From NCBI GenBank assembly GCA_977862235.1, contig OZ374560.1, positions 744,001 through 808,000 of the forward strand: DNA of 64,000 nt. The letters are read 5' to 3'. Positions within the stretch are counted from its first letter, which is position 1, and each line of letters opens with the position of its first letter. The notes below the pieces were generated by a model, which was given only the letters and a program-made list of their open reading frames with translations, searched no databases and was not told where the DNA came from. Made by a program: the position numbers and the translations under genes. This DNA is from Dudresnaya verticillata. Taxonomy: Eukaryota. This document shows positions 25,611 to 37,945 of this stretch, one piece after another.

Positions 25611-26444
25611 TGTGGCGCACGGGGGGCCGAGCTTTTATTTCCTCGCCATGGACGTCAAGGGCCTCGTCGACCGACGGACGGTCGCCTGAAACGGCTCGTT
25701 CGCCGTTGGCGCGAACACGTCATCGACGATTGGCCTACGGACGCGCGGGCGCCACAACCCCGCGCCGCGCACGCCGATGCACTGTACGGCGCAACGCTGT
25801 CGAACCGATCTGGATGATGCATCGGGATCAACGAGGTGTAAGCGGCTTGACTGTCAATTTGGCCCGAATCCCGAATGAATCCGGATCCGGCAGCCGGATC
25901 GGACATCGGGATCCTCTGTAAGTGAAACGCGCCTGTAATACGGTGCCAATCGCGATCCGAATCCGGATCGCCTACAGTACCGCACAGGAGCGTCTCTGTA
26001 AGACGCATGCGCCGGCGTACAGCGGCTGCAATGTCCCGGCACGTGTCAGACGCACCTCCAGGCGACACGCGTTCCGGGTTCCCGCGCACTACGTCATGCA
26101 GCCGCCGCGCCGCGGCCCCATAGCATTACTTAGGTACCTCGTCTAAGAAGTAGCAGTAAAGCCCCGGCAAGGCGGTTTGAGTCTAGACTTCCCTTCCGCG
26201 ACAGCGCGCACCCTACCGCTGCCCGGAAGCATAAGCGTCTACCTATCCGTGTTTCCACGTTCATAACCGTTGCTAACGTGCTTTCCTTTGGGTTTCTTTT
26301 CCCCTTTTCTCTCTTGCCTTGGGTGTTTACAGTACGCCCTTGGCGTGTTCAACCTGCTCTACCAAGTTCGCCACCAGCGGCTACCCACCGGGCTCCCGAA
26401 CGGCCCGGAGGTGTTTTCCGTCTCTAGACGACGTTTGCACGACA
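25611..26444 (+). mobile_element. Solo LTR related to the A-family LTR, inserted in the C integrase/chromodomain linker
   Basis: TGTGGCGCAC...TTGCACGACA; TSD CCGTG/CTGTG; many blocks shared with the A LTR; removal restores LMRSTEHTATRFET. Confidence 0.9.
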
Positions 26445-27920
26445 CTGTGGAGCGCATCAATCCTGCGGACACTTCCTTGCCTTCCACATTGGCACGGTAG
26501 AGATGCAGGCGCCTGGCATGTACCGTTTCCCGCTTGGATGTGAGCAAGTTTTCGACCTCAAAGACCCAGTCCGACTTGACAGAGCAAATGCGGAGCGGTC
26601 CGCGCCACTGGAATTGTAGCTTGTGACCTTCGGACACTGCGCGGCGCACCAAAACGAAATCTCCGATGCTGAAGTTCACATGACCAACGTTGGTCTTCTG
26701 GTTGTGCCGTTCGATGGTGCGCTTGCGGGAAGCGGTTACTAAACCTTCAAATTCTCTGTGCATATCACTCAGGACGTTCTGAGTACGGTCGATGTCTATC
26801 AGCTGGCGCGCTCGTAGTTCAGTCAGACGTTTGCGCAGACTTATAATCCAGAACAGGTAGTGCCCTTAGAAGCGGTCGCGTGGGAATATGCCCTGTGTAT
26901 ACCTCAAGTGGAGAGCGGAAGACATCAGGAACATCTTTGTTCCGCAGACCAAGGCGCTCGAGCGGGGCGTGATTGAAAACGCTTTGAACGCACTCTGTGA
27001 CGGCGGGCCAGTCTTGCGCCGCGATCCTCCATTCACTAAGAAGGGCTCGGCACCCCCTTAGTACCTCGTGGCATACGCGCTCAACCGTCCTGTTCGCCCA
27101 CGGCGAGTAGGCGGTAGTGAAGTGATGGTGAAATCGAACCTCAGCGGTAAGGTCGGCAATCAACTGGTTCTTGAAATACGACCCCTGATCGCTGATCAGC
27201 CAGTCCGTCACTCGGAATGCACCAAACCAATTTCTCAAGGCTTCTTCAGCGGCATCGCTGGTACAGGAGTCGGTAGGCCATAGGCAAACATAACACGAAA
27301 GGTCGTCTCGGATAATTAGCACGTACTTCCGCCCACCACGACCAGTTCCCATGTACAAAAAGTCCACGTGGACGACTTCGTTTGGCTTCGATGCGGGAAG
27401 GGCAGAGCCGAGAGGCCTCGGCCTGTGGCCACCCGCGCGGGTGACAATACTGTGTAGGCAGCCTCGCACGAGACCATCAACGTCTTGACTCATACTTGGC
27501 CACCAGAAGGACTCCAGAAGAATGCTCTTCGTTGCATCAACGCCTCGATGTCCAATAGTCCCACAGTGGGACATGACCAAAATCTTGAGCTGCAGTTCCC
27601 TGTCCCCCTGTAGGATCCAAATGCGCCCGTTGCACTTCCAAACTTGGTCTTGGTCATCGAACTTAACACCTACAGACTTTGCGATTTTCGCACGACCCCC
27701 AGGTCGGGCCAAACGAACCCATCGGGAGTCGGGATCAGCTGCTCAGCATTCTCCCCATAGTAATGATTAGTCAGTGTACGAGGCCCCTCGAGGGCTTCGT
27801 ACACGTAAAATTTGTAGAAATTAACATCCGCCCGCCATTACCATCCCTTGCCGCCAAACCTATTTCTACGCACGCCTAAAAATATTACTAGTTCACCCTT
27901 TTACGGCCAATAGAAAAATT

Positions 27921-27972
27921 CAGCAGCAGCAGCAGCAGCAGCATCAGCAGCATCAGCAGCAGCAGCAGCAGC
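27921..27972. repeat. Imperfect (CAG)n microsatellite
   Basis: Read directly; two CAT interruptions. Confidence 0.95.
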
Positions 27973-28545
27973 AAAGCTGCAACCCCATTGGCTGACCGCC
28001 AAGCCGCGCCACCCCATTGGCTGCATTTTCGCGCGGTACCAAATCAACGCGCGCGCATTGGTGCGCTCCGATTTTCTGACAGTAAATTTACAGACGCGCC
28101 GCCGCGCTACAGTGATACGATCTTACAGTCCCGCCGTGCGCCTCCATTGTTAATTTATGTGATTAAAACCGCACCTGTCTCACGGCTTGGAAACAAATAT
28201 CATTACAAAGAAATTGTAAGACACCTGTCGTTATCAAGCGACCCGAACCTACCCTGGTATCCCACAGTATCCCATCCTGCCACAGAGGTTACAGGAGTCC
28301 GTCGCGCCTTCGGCGCGGCTGCACGGCGCATAGCGGCGCGCAGCGCCGCGTCGTTGCCCTTGTTAACCTTATAGTAAGAATTTGTATGGGTATGACCGCC
28401 CAAAGGGTAGTATTAGCCCGGCCACGTCTCGAAAAATAGACAAAATTCCATATCGATGCGCCAACAAATCCACTTGGCGCCACAATAGTTTCTACGCATC
28501 CGAAATTATATCTAAAATATACGGCCGCAGCGCCAATGAAAAAAT

Positions 28546-28588
<43 letters not shown>
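28546..28588. repeat. (CAG)n microsatellite
   Basis: Read directly. Confidence 0.95.
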
Positions 28589-28590
<2 letters not shown>

Positions 28591-31434
28591 AGCTCACTAT
28601 TGATTGGTGGGATGGTGCTCCTTACAGCCGACACCTTTGCTGTGCGCCTGATTTCTTAATTTGGTCCTTTACTTTTGTGCGCGACCGCCGTTACACCACG
28701 CGCCTGCCTTCGGCGCGGGGATTATCATACCAGCACTCAGTGCCGTCCCGCGCCGAGGGCGCGGGGTCTAGCGGCGCGCAGCGCCACCCCCGCCGAAGGC
28801 GGTGCGACTTGTCTTGTAGAAGCATACTTCAAACAGCGAGTCGTTCACTTCTATCTCGTCGATATACTGTTGTCTACCGCGTGAGCATGTGTGCGCAGAT
28901 GTTGCTCTTGCCATCAATGTGCTCGATGACATACGAAAAGCGGGACAAGAAAAGGGCCCAACGTTGGACCTTTGATACGACGTGACGCCCGAGCACGGGT
29001 TCTAGGGAAAGCGGAGCAAATACGAACAGGAGATTCCGGTGGGCGGTGAACACGCGTGTTTTTCGCTGACACTGAAAGAGAAAGCCCATTTTCTCAAACG
29101 TTTGAAAGATGGCGAAACCCTCTTTCTCGAAGGTAGACCAGCCAAACTCTGCACCGTTGAATGAAGAACCTAGGAACGTAAGCGGCTCATGCCGCCGCTC
29201 CTCGAAGGGCAGCGAGAGCTGGTCGGGGTCAAGTTGTGTCACCACTCCTGCCCAATAGCGTTCTGAGGCGTCAGTATAGACACACGTCACCTTACTGGGG
29301 TCCGGATGCGAGAGTGTGACAGCGCTGCGGAGGCTCTATTGTAAATCAAGGAAGGCGTCTGCCTCGCTCGGGCCCCATGAGAGGCTTCGCAAAGAGATGT
29401 TACGAATCGAACGGTTCGTGCGACGACCAGATTGGGCATTGGCCTTCTCGAGAAGGGCGGTAAGCGGGGAGATGCGGGCGATGAAGTTGGGGATCGCGAT
29501 GGCCATCCAACGACAGCAGTACACGAACTGCGCCAATTCTTCAGCCGTCTGAGGTTGAGCCATATCCTTAAGCCCTTCGATGCGAGCATGATCCATGCGA
29601 TATCTATCCTTACACACGATGCGCCCGCACCACTTGAGCTCGCGCTCAAAAAGCCGACATTGACAGCATGCAGGAAGAGGTTCCGCTGAAGACAAATACT
29701 GAAGAATTGCTCCAAGGTATCGAGCAGCGTCGCTTCATCCTTGGCGTGCAAACTGCAATCGTCCAGCCATACCTTCATGCGATTGCGCAGCGAAGCGAAG
29801 AGTGGCTCCACGGTACTTTGAAAAAAGGCAGTAGCGTTGGCTAAACCAGGAAGCACGCGCTTCGATGCAACAAAACCTCTTGGGGTCACAATACCACAAG
29901 CTTCGTAGCTATCTGGGTGCAAGGGGAGTTGCCAATACCTGGAAACGAAATCTAAGCTTGCGAAGCAAGTGCTTTGTGCGAAGTCCTGAACTTCGGACTC
30001 CAGATCGGGCATAGGCGATGCTTCCTTGATCGTAGCCGCGCTAACGGGGCGAAAGTCGACAGCCATGCGGAAGCGTGCCTTCGAACCCGGCTTTGGCACC
30101 AATAAGGGAGCTGCTTGCCATGGCGCCGTGGGCATATCGACGATGAAGTCCATTTCCCGAAGCGTGTCGACATACTTATCCAGAAACCGACGCTGGTCCG
30201 GATAATAGCGGCGCGCCTTGACTCTGACTGGGCGATTGCCTGGCTCCAGGCGTACCCTCATTGGTTTGACGTCGGCTGGAGGGGACTTTCGCAGCTGAAC
30301 TCGAAAATCGAGCGGTACTTCGTCAGTAGGTCGGAGAGCCGCGCCGCACCTGCGGGGCTCAAACCGCTACCTCGAGCTCGCGTGAGCATATCATCGAGAG
30401 ACTTGTTGAGGGCGGACGGAGGATCTTCTCCGAGGTCGACATAGACATCGCTGTCATCCAACTTGTCCTCCTCGGCACCACCTTCGCAGTGAAACGTACT
30501 GCACCACTCATGTGAAGAGGTGCGCCGGCGCGCCTCTTCACAAGTCGACGCGTACGGGTAACGGTAACCCGGGGGCGCGCGTGGGCGAAACGGTCCACAC
30601 GTACTCAACGGTTCGACGCCGGAGTACGCGTGCGCGGGTCACGCACTCAACGGATCTACGCCGGAGTGTGTGCGCACGGCGCGCGGGACAGCAGGGCGTT
30701 CGACCGCCGCTTACACTAGACAGTGCTGTACACTACACAAAAATAAACGTAGAAATTACGTGGGAGTTTCAGTGTCGCACGCGTACGCGTGCACGCGCGG
30801 GCGCCACAGCGCACTTCCTTACAGTTCAGCAGGGCTTCGGCGCCACCGGCTGACAGCGTGTGCACAGCGGTGCACACGTGGCGCAACTGGTCTTACAGCT
30901 ACGCGTGCGTGGCACTGCTGATCTTACAGCTACGCCACAGGCGCCAAACGTGACGTTCAAGGTCACAAGTTTTGTTCGCCTTCTTGAACTTGATACCAGA
31001 GAGCTCGCGCTCGATACGGGCCAGATCTGTCTACAAGATCGTACTCCTCAGGGTCCAAGCGGGCCTGTTTCTCCACACAATCCTTGAGATGCTCCTCTGT
31101 GATATCTTCTACAGAGTTCACGGAGACCCAATTGGTAGTGGTGAAAATTTCCAGCAATGTCTTGTAAATGGAGTTGCGGTAGGTAGTGAGCGGAACTTGT
31201 ACCCCGGCGTGGGCATTCTTCTCGGCGACTCGGCGTTCATACATCTCACGGAGTTACTTGAACGGCACAAAGTCGGCGGTCGAAATGTCTTTCAGTTGGG
31301 TGGCCTGGACCGTTTCCACGATTGTTTCGCGAACGGTGTCGCCACCAGTGCACGTTGACGATCCACCCCTTGTATGCATCTTGCTCAAGGTGACTCGGAC
31401 GACCAGAACCTTGCTTGGACAAACAGGTATATAA

Positions 31435-32077
31435 TGTGACGAATTCCGGAAGTATGGGCGTCTTGACGGCAAGACGGTAGAAAATAGCGGCTTTCAGTGG
31501 GGTAGCACAATATGGAAGTTTCGGAAAGACAGAGCAGAGGGCAGTGACCTCTAGTTGCATGTTGAGGCCCCAAACCCAGCACAGGGTTGGGCAGGCCGCC
31601 TTTTATACTGTGACGCTACCCTACTGCCGCACGCAAGCCATCGCTCCCAGCCAGGAAGCCTAGCCGGCTGAGCGGCTGCGGCGGCGCGCAATCGGACGGC
31701 GCATTGCGATCAATCACCTGATCTGATTGCGCGAGCTGGGCCGAACGTCCCTGGCCGGAGAGCTTCTCGCATCGACACGCGCGACACGATGGAGAGCTTT
31801 CGAAAGCAGTGCAGCTGATACCGCACTATTCTGTGCTGTCGATCATTCTGTCTATTCGTAGTGACAGTCCGCGGTGGAGGCACTGTACCGTAAGCTCCAG
31901 GAGAGGATGTTACATTACTCGCCTAGCTAACGCGGTAGCGTAGAACCGTGAAAGTACGGGATCATCGGGCGTCGGATGATCCGCATCCGCAGTTTACAGC
32001 TGTTAACCCAAATATAATCTTCGAAAATCTTCTGCCTTTAGATCCCAATCTAGCGCACCACGTGGTGCCGCGTCACA
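31435..32077 (-). repeat. 5' LTR of element C
   Basis: Direct repeat of 24693-25335; minus-strand TATAAAAG near 31600. Confidence 0.95.
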
Positions 32078-33703
32078 CGGTTTACGGTTAGATGCTACTC
32101 CTGCTCGTTCACTTGGAGCAGTGAGTGAACCCGGAGTCGCATCGTAGGCAACTCCGGTGATATAAAGCTCTGCTTATCTTCCCCTCGAGGAGAAAAGAGG
32201 GCAGAGGTCTTCGCATTGACACGTTACATCGCACCACAACATAGTGACAACAAATACAGAAGGAGAAGGTGTTTGTAAGTTCCTACTGCAAACAAAACCG
32301 AGAATTCAGATCAAGAATACAATGAAGGAGTGTATGTATGGAGGGTTTGGAGAGATTCATTGCAATAGTGTTTGAACACAGAAAGTAAAAAGACCAAAGA
32401 CAGGGGAGCGGCAGGGAAGAGGTGAGAAGTTGCGGACAGAGTGAATTTAAAATGTACAGACCTGGTGATGAAGTGTGGTGGGTTTATCTGAGCAGCGTTT
32501 GGACGAAGCACACTAGTACGTCCCGGAGGAGCCTGACAGGTTTTGTGAAGAGTGGATGAAATGGAAATAGGCCTCTTGCAGTGACTGGGGGTCTAATTGG
32601 AGGCAGGGTCGGACTACGGGTCTATTTCATGTCTATTCGGATTTGTGTTTTGTTTTCATGAAGGTTGGATCGAGACCGTAACAGTGTTGCCTATAGCTAG
32701 GTGCACTTTGATGCTGTAGGAAGGGGTAAAATAGTGATTCGGTGAGCTGACCTTATCACTTATAAATGTATATATTTACATATTTTTGCGCCCAGTTCGA
32801 ACATCTGCAACTTATCTTGCAACTTTAGAACAAATACATATGCTTAGTGTTTGGTAGAAGATATACAAGAAGGCGGGATGCATGGTGTCAATGGAAAGGG
32901 ATGAGCGGTGCTGGACGTGATACACCGGGGTACTGAAGAAGCGAACAGTTCTAGTCCAGCCAAAAGTGGACACCATCGTCTGAAAGAGCAATACGCAACG
33001 ATGGCAATTGTTGCTTAAGCGCAGATCTGTTCCAAATTTGTTTGTCTTTCTGCTCAGATACCGTGGTCTTTTGACAACAGGATAACCTCGTGTCCCTATA
33101 TTTCTTCTGAATAGGCTCGCATCTATCCAGAATCAGAACCTATAGAGGCATACTGTCGCAATGAAGCGCTGAGCTGAGTATGCAAACGCTGTGGCGTTGA
33201 TTGACATCATTCTGCCTTCTCAATTTCCCGGACCTTCTGCCCCCAGCTGTGTTCAATGTAGTGGAGGCGGGCATCCCGGGATCATTACTAGTGGCAAAGC
33301 TGTGCCCATGTGTATCCGGGACGAGGGTAGAGGCTGCCGTGAATCTGAACCTAAGTTACTTGGGCCCTTGCTAATGGGCCTGACAGCACAGTTTATCCTT
33401 ACGAATTTGGGTTTCGATTCAAGGTATCAACCGCCGCAAAAGTGTTCACTCCTTCTCCTTCTTTCTCGCCGTTCTCTTCATTCTTTGCCCCTGCTTTTCG
33501 TTCCTTTCTCTGCTGCTAGCGTGCGCTCCTGCGCGTGTCGCTCGTGCTTTGCACCGCTTCCCTTCGCCGCTGTGCTTCGCACAGCTGCTGGGGGCCTCGG
33601 CGCTTTTCGCTTGTCTTTCCTTCCGCTCTCGTCTTTTTCGCTGTCGCTCGCCGTTGATTCCACTTCCCGTCTGTATCTGGCTACGCCCTTACTACGTCCT
33701 ATC

Positions 33704-34739
33704 ATGCTGTCACCCAATGTGACGAAGCGTGCTAACAAACCGTCTCCGGAGTCTGCCTTTATTGGCTTAACGCACCACGCCCTTGACTTTCTTTCCGATG
33801 CTGCTGGTCTATTGGGCGGCGCTGTCGATCTGACCGATTCTACCTCCGTCGAAGCCTTTATTCTCAATCTGTTCAAAATTCCCCGCGTGCAAGCTGTTCT
33901 ACCGACGTTTTCTCGCAATCCTCGTTTCGCCTCGCTCCTGCGCATTCTCTCCGCATTCTCCCATCCTCCGGGCTGCCATGGTGGCGGTCCTACAGTGTCC
34001 CTTCTACCCTCTGCATCTACTCCGCCGGATCTGAATCCATCCTCGGTCCCTGCGTCTTATCGTCATGCGCTTTCGAACGGAATCGTGGCGTGCCCTTCCC
34101 CGCATCCTAAGCCCACACGCCCTCTCTCCAAGCTTCCGTTGCTCGGTCGTGCAGGTCGCGTTGAACAGGACAGCCCCGGTGCTACTCGTCTGGCAAAATG
34201 TTTCGCTGGGTCTGTACATCGTACTACCTGCGCCCTGTTCGGTGGCAATGAAAAGCACTTCGTTCGCGTCACATCTCCATCGCCTGATCAGCGGGTGACC
34301 GCTCCGTCTGAGTTTCGTTCTGCGATACGTCAGGGCGGCTTTCCAGGCGCCGCCACTATTCTGCCCACTTCGAATGCTTCCTCTTTCTATATTTGCGCTG
34401 TCGAGAGAGATCTTCTATGCGCTGAAGCTGCTTACAAGGCGTGGGCAGCTTTAACGTCTCAGGCTGACAACTTTACGGCTCCATAGCTCTCCTTCTCAGC
34501 AGGGCTCGATCTTCGCACTGACGTTTCCGACCCAAATGACATTTGAGCCGTCTATCCCTACTTGCGCGCCGAAATTATGCGCTTGGAGTGTACAAACTGC
34601 ACGTGGGCGCCCGCGAGGTACTTCTCGCGTTCCCTTCGAGCGCTCGACGCGGTACTATTCGAGCGACTTCTCGCGTCTGGAACGGCGCAACCCAGTGACG
34701 CACTTCCTTCGGCTTCCGAGCCGCAATCTGTGCCTAAAC
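33704..34739 (+). pseudogene. ORF1 (5' part) of the RLE LINE, unknown function
   Basis: ATG 33704; same frame through TAG 34484-34486 and TGA 34544-34546; continues across both insertions. Confidence 0.7.
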
Positions 34740-36785
34740 TGTGGTATAACGAAGTCCACGGTGACGTGGGGAAGTCTCGCACTGTAAGGAAGGGCCTCGG
34801 AGCCTAACGAATGGCCTTGTAGCCTAACGGGGAAAGGAAAACGGGTGGTAGCGTGGTAGATCGGAGCGACCAACACGAAGGACCACGATGTCAACGTATT
34901 CGTGTGTGGAAGGGAGAACTAGAGCGATCGATCACCGGGGATGACTCCGGGTGCGCGGGGCTATCGAAAGCGAGGCTCGACCGTATCCGCGGTCTCGAAG
35001 ACGAAGACACCGAACTCAAAGAAACAGGCGTTTACCGAAGACTCCGAGGCCCGGGCGCTAGTCGCTTACCGGAAACCCTCGGAGGTTGTGCCAGACGACT
35101 GGCTAAGTAATACTACGTGAGCACGAATAAACGTCAACGCGGGAGACGGTTCGTACTCGAATGATTCGTAACGGCCTCGGTGCCAACGAACGGTCGCCTC
35201 ACGTACGGTGGCGGTTACGAAGTGCGCCAGCGATGCATACGGAGGTGCGCGTGTCTCGTGGGCCCCGGTGGCGTTACGCACGGGAAACAACGGGAAAGTC
35301 ACGAAGGGGTCAGCGATTTCGTAATGGGTGCGCACTGTAATGCGAATGCCGTCGTGGCGCGCGCGATCACGAAGTCGGTTCGGAATTCGTCCGGAGGTGT
35401 GGTGAAGCGGCCGTTGTGGAGTGCCGACGACGGTTGAGCCGACTCGCGACCGGCGCACCGTTGAGCTGGCGCCAAAAACCGAACGGGAGTGCAGCGACAC
35501 AGTAGCACTGTACGCCTTGTTGGAGCCTGCGCGCGCCACCAATAGGAGCCAGGTAGTTGATTTATTTGTAATTAGGTAAATGTAATGATGCTGTACAGTA
35601 CGTAGTTTCAGCCGGCCAATGAGAATGCCGAGCATGTCCGCAACGGTGACCGGGACCAGTAGGGTCGGACCCACCTGGTGGACCAGACCCATTGGGGTCT
35701 GGCCCACACGGACCTGACCGCGGGGGTATCTCCCAGTATATTAATGGGTGGCCACCGCGAGTCCTACAGTAAACGGTTACGCAACTATAATACAGTGAAG
35801 GGCTTACAGAAGTGGGCCCTCTGCCCGCGTGTATGCGCTGAAATAACGTTACCTATAGGGCGCCAGCAGGGACAACACGGGTAGCCTATGATTGGTCCAA
35901 GTGTCACCCTGCAGGTCAGTAGCTTAGTATCTGCCTATTTATTTGAGAAATTATAGCTTAGGATAGGGGGCGTGTATATAGCCCAGTATGAGGGGTGCTG
36001 CCTGACAGTCGGAGTACCATATTAGGGTATCTCCCGTAGCGGTCACTGTACAGTAAAGGTAAGCACCTTCCGGCCCCAAATACGTCTCCAAGCTATCGGC
36101 ACCGCAGCACACTTGTCACCCGTGCCCGGTTAACCGCCCGCCCAGTGAACTACCTTCGGTATCGTGCTTACAATCCGGTTACGTGCCCTCGTCTACCCTC
36201 TGAGTTCCTCCCGCTCTACCACCGCTACCAGGTACCCGCTCTGTGGCTTTCTCATTGAGTGCACTCTTTGAGTTCACAAGAGACCTAAAAGGCACTTCCT
36301 TACAGCAACCCTGGGCAACGTGACTTACCCTAAGCCTTACCCTCATACTCCTTTACGGTTTCCCCTCGCAAGCCCCGTGCACGGATTCCTCTTACCTCCG
36401 TCCCGGTGTAGCTGCCCTGGCGCTGTACCGTCCCCCTTGTCTGTTGCGTCCCTTTACTCATTACAGGTGTTGCCGATCGAGGTACTCCCTTCGGTCTACG
36501 AACTAAGCTCTACCACCCCGGTGCCGTGTGAGATCACTCCTTATTGGGATTACCTGATCAGCTCTCCTCATAGGTGTGCCTTTCACTTCACCACAGGAGG
36601 TTTCAGCGATTTCGTATCACGTGCGTGCTGTGATGCGAGTGCCATCGTGGTGCGCGCAAAGTATGCAGACTGTAAGACGTTTGCCATCGTGGCCTGCGCA
36701 TTCACGGAGTCTCTTCGAAATTCGTATTTCTCGATTATTTTCACGTAGACCACGGAGTCGTTTCGCGGACAGCGTCTATACCACA
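34740..36785. mobile_element. 2046-bp solo LTR (or non-coding LTR derivative) of an otherwise unrepresented family
   Basis: TGTGGTATA...TATACCACA terminal inverted repeat; perfect TSD TAAAC (34735-34739 / 36786-36790). Confidence 0.88.
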
Positions 36786-36886
36786 TAAACGTCGCCGTGT
36801 GTACCCGATGCTTAGCGCTCCCGACGCACAGGGTTTCCAAACCATTCTCCCGAGTCGCCCTCCTGATTCTCAATCTCCAGCCCCAC

Positions 36887-37511
36887 TGTGGAATAATGAG
36901 CGCCCGAGCGCTGTAAGCACACACGTGTACAGACGACGCCTGTAAGGCGTGAGGCGCCCGAGGGCACGATGGTTGAGATGGCTGATTATCATTGGTTGAT
37001 TAATCCTGGTCACCCATATTTTTGGCATGGCGCGCCAGACAGCGCCGCGCCTGTACCTCGTAGTGGTACTACCACTCATTCCTACCATTGGATTGTAATC
37101 CACCATTCAGTGTACAGTATTAGGTAACTGTCATTATTATAACTCTAACTTAGAGTGGGTAGCATTTCCGGCTTCCCGCCGTATTTAATGGGCCCCTGAG
37201 TAGCAGGGGCCCCGCACTAAACCGGTAGCGGTGTGTACTTTGGGCTGTACCCATTTTCTGGTCTTCCTACGGTGCCACCGTGTTTCCCTTGCCTTGGGCG
37301 TCTACAAGCCCTATCGTGTACGGCGATTGCTCTACGCTGTAGGGTTCGCCTTCCTTTTTTCTTTGTTTCTGGGTATTACACCCACTACAAGTCTCTACCA
37401 CCCCCCTTTTCCCTTTTCCTTTGAGCTACCGCCCACCGTGAGTGTGTGTCCCCAGGACAGCTGTCGCGCCGTTTTATCGCCGACTACCTGGCCAAGGGCC
37501 ATTCTACTACA
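36887..37511 (+). repeat. 5' LTR of element D
   Basis: TGTGGAATAA...TTCTACTACA; about 8 differences from the 3' LTR by eye. Confidence 0.97.
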
Positions 37512-37945
37512 GTGGTCTCCCGACCTAGAACAAGTTCTCAGGGTCGGACCCTTTTTCTACCTTGCCATCGACAGGCCGAATCGAGAAGTCAGGACAGGAC
37601 GGAGTGTCCGTTGATTTTCAAGGTTCCAACCTCTCGAAGGGCAAAACCCTAGTCGTCTTACTGTCGACGGTTTCTACGCTTCACGTTAAGCTCCAGAGTA
37701 GCGTCAAATCTGTGAGCAAGACACAAGTTCGTTTTACGGTTTTATCCGTTTTTAGAAGTACCCTCTCACGGCGGAGTGACGCCCGCAGTGAGACTACCTC
37801 AACAGGTTTTCCGTGCATCCTGAGAAAACACGAGTATAATACGGTTCCTACCGTCGAGGAGCCTGGGAAGAAGTCCCCGCCACCACATCGGCTGAACCGA
37901 GAAGAACGTCGTCAGACCGACGATACAGGTCCTGTTGAAGTCAAG

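Larger units (their letters stand above)
27752..28811 (+). mobile_element. Non-autonomous Helitron-like insertion (dimer) in C pol
   Basis: 5'-TC...CTTG-3', subterminal hairpin CCGCC-GAA-GGCGG, no TIR; removal restores SMLLQ-ENAEQLIP. Confidence 0.65.
24693..32077 (-). mobile_element. Gypsy element C (same lineage as E), degenerate, gag C-terminus and protease missing
   Basis: 643-bp LTRs TGTGACG...CGTCACA; flanks CGGC/CGGT; gag fragments about 31380-30963, RT 30261-29336, RH 29290-28874, IN 27712-26450, chromo-like about 25610-25377. Confidence 0.93.
22805..32228 (+). mobile_element. Old Gypsy element E (RNase H-IN-chromo-like remnant plus 3' LTR split by C); 5' part off-window
   Basis: LCVYTNASDAHW and HCSTFEREAY RNase H, IN fragments, FRWLGP, chromo-like WLG...WTWQ (22805-24467); PPT-like AAAGCATGGGG at 24491-24501; LTR about 24505-24692 plus 32078-32228 (right end tentative). 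Confidence 0.8.

Noticed and set aside
28289..28985. Poly-Ala or poly-Ser ORFs
   Set aside because: Translation of (CAG)n tracts in a non-coding insert
37562..37945. N-terminal extension of D gag
   Set aside because: B gag starts at the MPTSNG ATG and the extension is not open in B
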